This document shows, piece after piece, positions 59,351-64,000 of a stretch of 64,000 nt of DNA (positions are counted from its first letter, which is position 1; every line of letters starts with the position of its first letter). The notes under the pieces were generated by a model that ran no database searches, was not told where the DNA came from, and worked only from the letters and a program-made list of their open reading frames with translations. The translations under genes and the position numbers were made by a program. Origin of the DNA: Paraspadella gotoi (Eukaryota; Animalia; Chaetognatha); assembly GCA_051294375.1 (NCBI GenBank), contig CM119265.1, positions 18,400,631 to 18,464,630 of the forward strand, written 5' to 3'.

Positions 59351-60461
59351 ATCTTGTCGATCACGTAAACTCGCGACAATCGGTGTCGTTAAAAAATATC
59401 TGAATCCTCCATCCCTCTTCGACTTCTCATCAGTCATCTCGGTCAACCGATGTGTCCCTTTCCCATTTCTCTCTTTTCCCGCCAAACAGAAAGATAATTA
59501 ATTCATCAGCCTTCCTCGTCATCTCCACCCACTCTCATCTCACGCTCTCATTTCCTCGGCGCCAATTTAGTTCTCCACTCTCTGTTCCACCCCCCCCCCC
59601 GATGCCTTTCGTTTCCCTCCTTTCCTTTTCACCCTCCCCCTCCTCCTCGGGCCTCACGGCCTTCTCTCTCTCGACCCCAAATTGTCCAACGACCTGTCAG
59701 CATCGTCGTCGTCTCCGCTCCAAAGTATATGATCCACTTTTCCTTCCCGACGCACTCATCAATTTTCGCGCCGAGCGTGCGACTACGCGTGCACTAGCGT
59801 GTACGAGCGGGCGTGGACGTGGGTGAGTGTTGCTTCACTCTGGCGTTAACTTCGTTTTTTTTTTTTTTTTTGTTCCTTCGCGTCTTCCTACTTTTTAAAC
59901 CTAATAACTCATGCAAGATTTATTTTTAAAAATTCTATTTTCTAATTAAGTTTTTTCTTTCGATTTGAATAACCGAAACTTCATTAGGCCTATTAATTAT
60001 CCCTCAAGCGCGCTTCTCCGCTTCTGCTTCTGCTCTGGTTAATAAACTTTTTTTTTTTTGTCTTTTTGTTTTTTTTTATTCAAGCTGTGACATCGACGTT
60101 GATAACGACGACGACGTTTAGGACCACGATGAAAAAAGGCAATATTAATTTATACCTTCACTATTGATACAATTATAAATAAATATTAATGATATATCAA
60201 GAACATTGTCATTTCACAACTTTTAATCATAAAGTATAAAGTCATTATGCACTAGTGGTTACGATTTATTTCTATCATGAAAAGCGTTGGCGGCAAAACC
60301 GAGAACAATTCAATTCTGGCAACGACGATAACAACGACAACGACAACGACAACAACGACGATGAATGGCACAAACGAGATCCAGCGAAATTAGTTTCTTC
60401 TTCCTTTCTTTCATGGAGAGAGTGAGAGGGAGAGAGAGTAAGATAGAGAAGCGTGAGAGAT

Positions 60462-60570
<109 letters not shown>

Positions 60571-62463
60571 GACAGGAGGAAGAAGAAAATTATGATCCTC
60601 CACGGAGTCCCTCGCTTTTTTTTTCTAAATGGTCGATTGAGTCCCAGGTCTCTTCCAACCTCTTCTCTCCCCCCGCCTCCCAAACATTCCCATCGAGAAT
60701 CCCTTTTCAATTTTCAAACTTCAGTCTCTGCCTTATCTCGCTTTGATCGACACCTGAGCGTCGATCGTTTTTCAACGCCTCCACCGGTTCTACTTTTATC
60801 GACGTCTCTGCACTTGGATTCCCTCGTACACTCCCAATCCCAAAACCCCATGTCCCCCCAGCCGAGCTCTTCACAAACGCCCCCTTCCTTCTATGATTCC
60901 AACCCGCTCCCCCAATAAATTTCTTCCTCTCCTTCAATCGCTCCCGCGGGACCCGAAAACCCTGGACCGTGGATTGCACCTTCCGGAACCAACTTCAACC
61001 CACGCTTCCCTCCAACACCTCCCCCCACCCCCAATTCCGCGCGAAATTGGTGATTTCCGAGAAATGGCCGCGCCTCCTCCTCGTTTTCGCCCTCAAAACA
61101 TTCCATGGGGGAAAAAAAGGTGGAAACGTTTCCCCCGGGAGATGGCCGCGTCGGCTCGAGAGGCCCATTCGGCCCACCCGTCGCAGACCGACCGACCAGT
61201 TTGCGTTTATTGAACTTAGAGACTTTGCGGTCACCCGGATGTAATTAGGAAAGAGACATCGGACGATTCTTCTGGTAGAACTGAATTGGATTATGGGGGA
61301 GCCGTTGGGGTTTTTATTGTTGTATTGTTGCAGATAAATTGTCTGGGCTTGAATTGATTCTATGGAGTTTTGAACTTCTACTTTTTTTCATTACAATTTC
61401 ACAATTCCCAGCTCTTTCGTCTCGGTTCCGGGAACCTTCTTTTTTATCCCTGCGTCTTTCTTACCTTTTTTTCTTAACCCTAATACTTCTTATCTTTTAC
61501 GGATATTTTTTTAAAAATCTTCTTTATAATTTCATTTATCTTATTAGCTCTAAACCAAGGCAGTTCACCATTTATCCGCCAGTTAGTCCCTCCCTCCTTC
61601 AGTAGAAATTCATTCTTATCCGCTTATCTCTCAATCTATATGCGTGAGCCCCTCGTCCTCAGTCTCCGTTGCATCTTCCTTCCCTTTATCTCCACTTCCC
61701 CCCCCCCTCCACCCCCTCCTTACCCACCGTCTCCTTCTTCTCCCTCGACGCACGTGCGCGGAGAATCGCGTGATGTCCGACTCATTAACCGCGACCGCGC
61801 GCGTCGAGGAACCTAATTTCATCTTATTACCGATTTTTTTTTCCCCTCACATCTCTACCATCTCTTTTTTTTTTCGCGAGACTTCTTCTTCTTCGTCGTC
61901 GTTGTCGTCGTCGTCCTTGTCGTAGTCGTTGGTGGTTTTTAGTTGATTTTGCATTTTGTTGTCGTCGTTGTTTTTGTTCCATGAAAAAGGAATGAGAAAG
62001 TGGACAATTGTTTTGTTTTTATTTGGAGTAAGAGCGAAATAACTCTTCGGAATATGCAAAGATGCTACTCGCTCAATCGAAGAAAGACAACAAAAATGGG
62101 CGACTTTGCTCTCCAATTGGAACGAGAGAGAATATGGAAATTTTTCAGTCATTTGCGCTCAACAAGTTTTTCCATTTATTTGTTTGTCTGTTACCGAAAA
62201 AAAAAATTCTGTAGATGTGTCAGATTCGTCTTTGAGAAGTTCTTTTTCTTTTTTTTTTTTTTTTTTTTTGATAACCTTTTTAGTGACGGATGAAAATATG
62301 GACGACAAAGGAAAAGGAACGAAAATGAAAATGATGATGACGACGACGACGACACGACTAATGAGACCTATGATGATTAAGCCTCCGACGGCGAAGACCG
62401 AACGGCGTTTTTCGCGACGACCACCCTAACGAGGCTGACTCCACTTTCCATTAATCATGGCTG

Positions 62464-62549
<86 letters not shown>

Positions 62550-62927
62550 CTCACACAACACACACACACTTTTACTTCTTTTTTCTAAAAAATATTTCTG
62601 TGGAGTTATATATCTCTTTTACTTTTCCATTTCTCATTTCTTATTCTTCTCCCACTTTGAAATGGTTACCTCTCTTATTCATTTTCTTCTCCCTATAATT
62701 GAACTTGTTTTCACTCCCTTTCTATCCCTTGATTTTCATTCTCTGTCGAGCGGAACAAGAGGGAGAGAGAGAGAGAGAGAGAGGAGGAGAGAGAGAGAGG
62801 GAGAGAGAGAGAGGTAGAGAGGAAGCTTCTCTCGTTCGGATATCCTCCGGCTGAGGGCCAAAGGGGAGAGGAAGGACTTCATTCGTTTTCCGTCCGCTAG
62901 GCGACGAGAGATAGAGGAAGAGTGAGC

Positions 62928-62958
<31 letters not shown>

Positions 62959-64000
62959 AGAGAGAGGAAGAGAGAGCGAGAGCGAAAGAGAGGGGAAGTG
63001 AGAAAGAGAAAGAGAGAGAAGATGGATGGAATAATCTCCTTTTTTTCACGACTTTGGACGGAGAATAAATTTCCGAGTTCGACTCAAAAGTTTTTTGTTA
63101 TCGCGAAATAAAAAATGAGAAAAAGATCAAGACAGAGAAACGAAGAAAAGGGGAAAAAAGGAAAAGAAAGTTATTGTACACAATGAAGTAAATAGAGAAT
63201 GGAAATATTCGACCTTGAAAAGGAGATCGTGAAATCTCTAGACGTTTTCGCCAATGCGATCTTAAAATTCTTTCAAAATACACGTCTATGAGTATGTATG
63301 ATTATGTAGCATGAACTTTCACTAAATTAAAAAAAGCCGAATCAAAATAAAATATATAAAACAGAGCTAAGTCGCTGACTTATTAATTCTAACAGACACC
63401 AGTTCTTCTTATATATATAACCTTATTTAAAATTTTAACCAAATATAACGATTGGTATTCGAATCAAGGTCCCAAAAACTTTTCCTCGATTTCACGACGC
63501 AGGCCTAGAAACAAGAGGTCGCGTGCGTCGGTCGAGACTGACCGCTTTTGGTCCAAAAAAAAATTATCGAGCGGCCACCCCGTCGTTGGTTTGTTTGTCC
63601 AGTGTCAGTTTGTCCAGGGACGGAAACCCGTGTCAAGTGTTTGTCGTTCGTGCGGATAAGCGGTCGCCACTGGGAGGGGGGGGGAGAATCGGGAGGGGGC
63701 GTGTCAAAGCGATAAGGCGTAACAGCCATTCAAGGGGCAATCGAGAAATATTTTAGTTTTCTTTCGATCACGACGAAATAATCTTAACTAAACTTAACTA
63801 AATATAACAATCGATCAATCGATATCGAGAGTACGTGCCTTTAACGCGAAGCGCCCACATCCAACAGACCTCACCCGACCCACGGCCCCACCCAGGTAGC
63901 CCGAAGATGACTTACCTTTTGTCTCTACTTTTGACGAAAACCCAAAAATAAATCCGCGTCGACGTCATTTTTCGTGCGGCGGCGACGAACTGTCACGTCT

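Overview
Low-gene-density eukaryotic DNA, probably from an invertebrate animal (inferred), in a draft scaffold with about 19 N-gaps. It is dominated by microsatellites ((GA)n, (GAC)n, (CTTT)n, (GATA)n, (GGC)n), so almost all ORFs in the supplied track are repeat read-through. One protein-coding gene is well supported: a spliced, minus-strand OMA1-like peptidase M48 zinc metalloprotease at about 55.5-57.7 kb, with its 5' end unresolved. One intact non-autonomous DNA transposon lies at 31472-32448, with long TIRs and a perfect 8-bp TSD (hAT-like). There are also several minisatellites, a short dispersed repeat and a few orphan candidate exons. Several apparent direct and inverted duplications flank 25-N or 10-N gaps and differ mainly by indels, so they are best read as assembly artefacts. 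I found no convincing evidence of a novel multi-component system. The best leads are the divergent M48 protease, the foldback-like hAT element and a frame-preserving 60-bp repeat.
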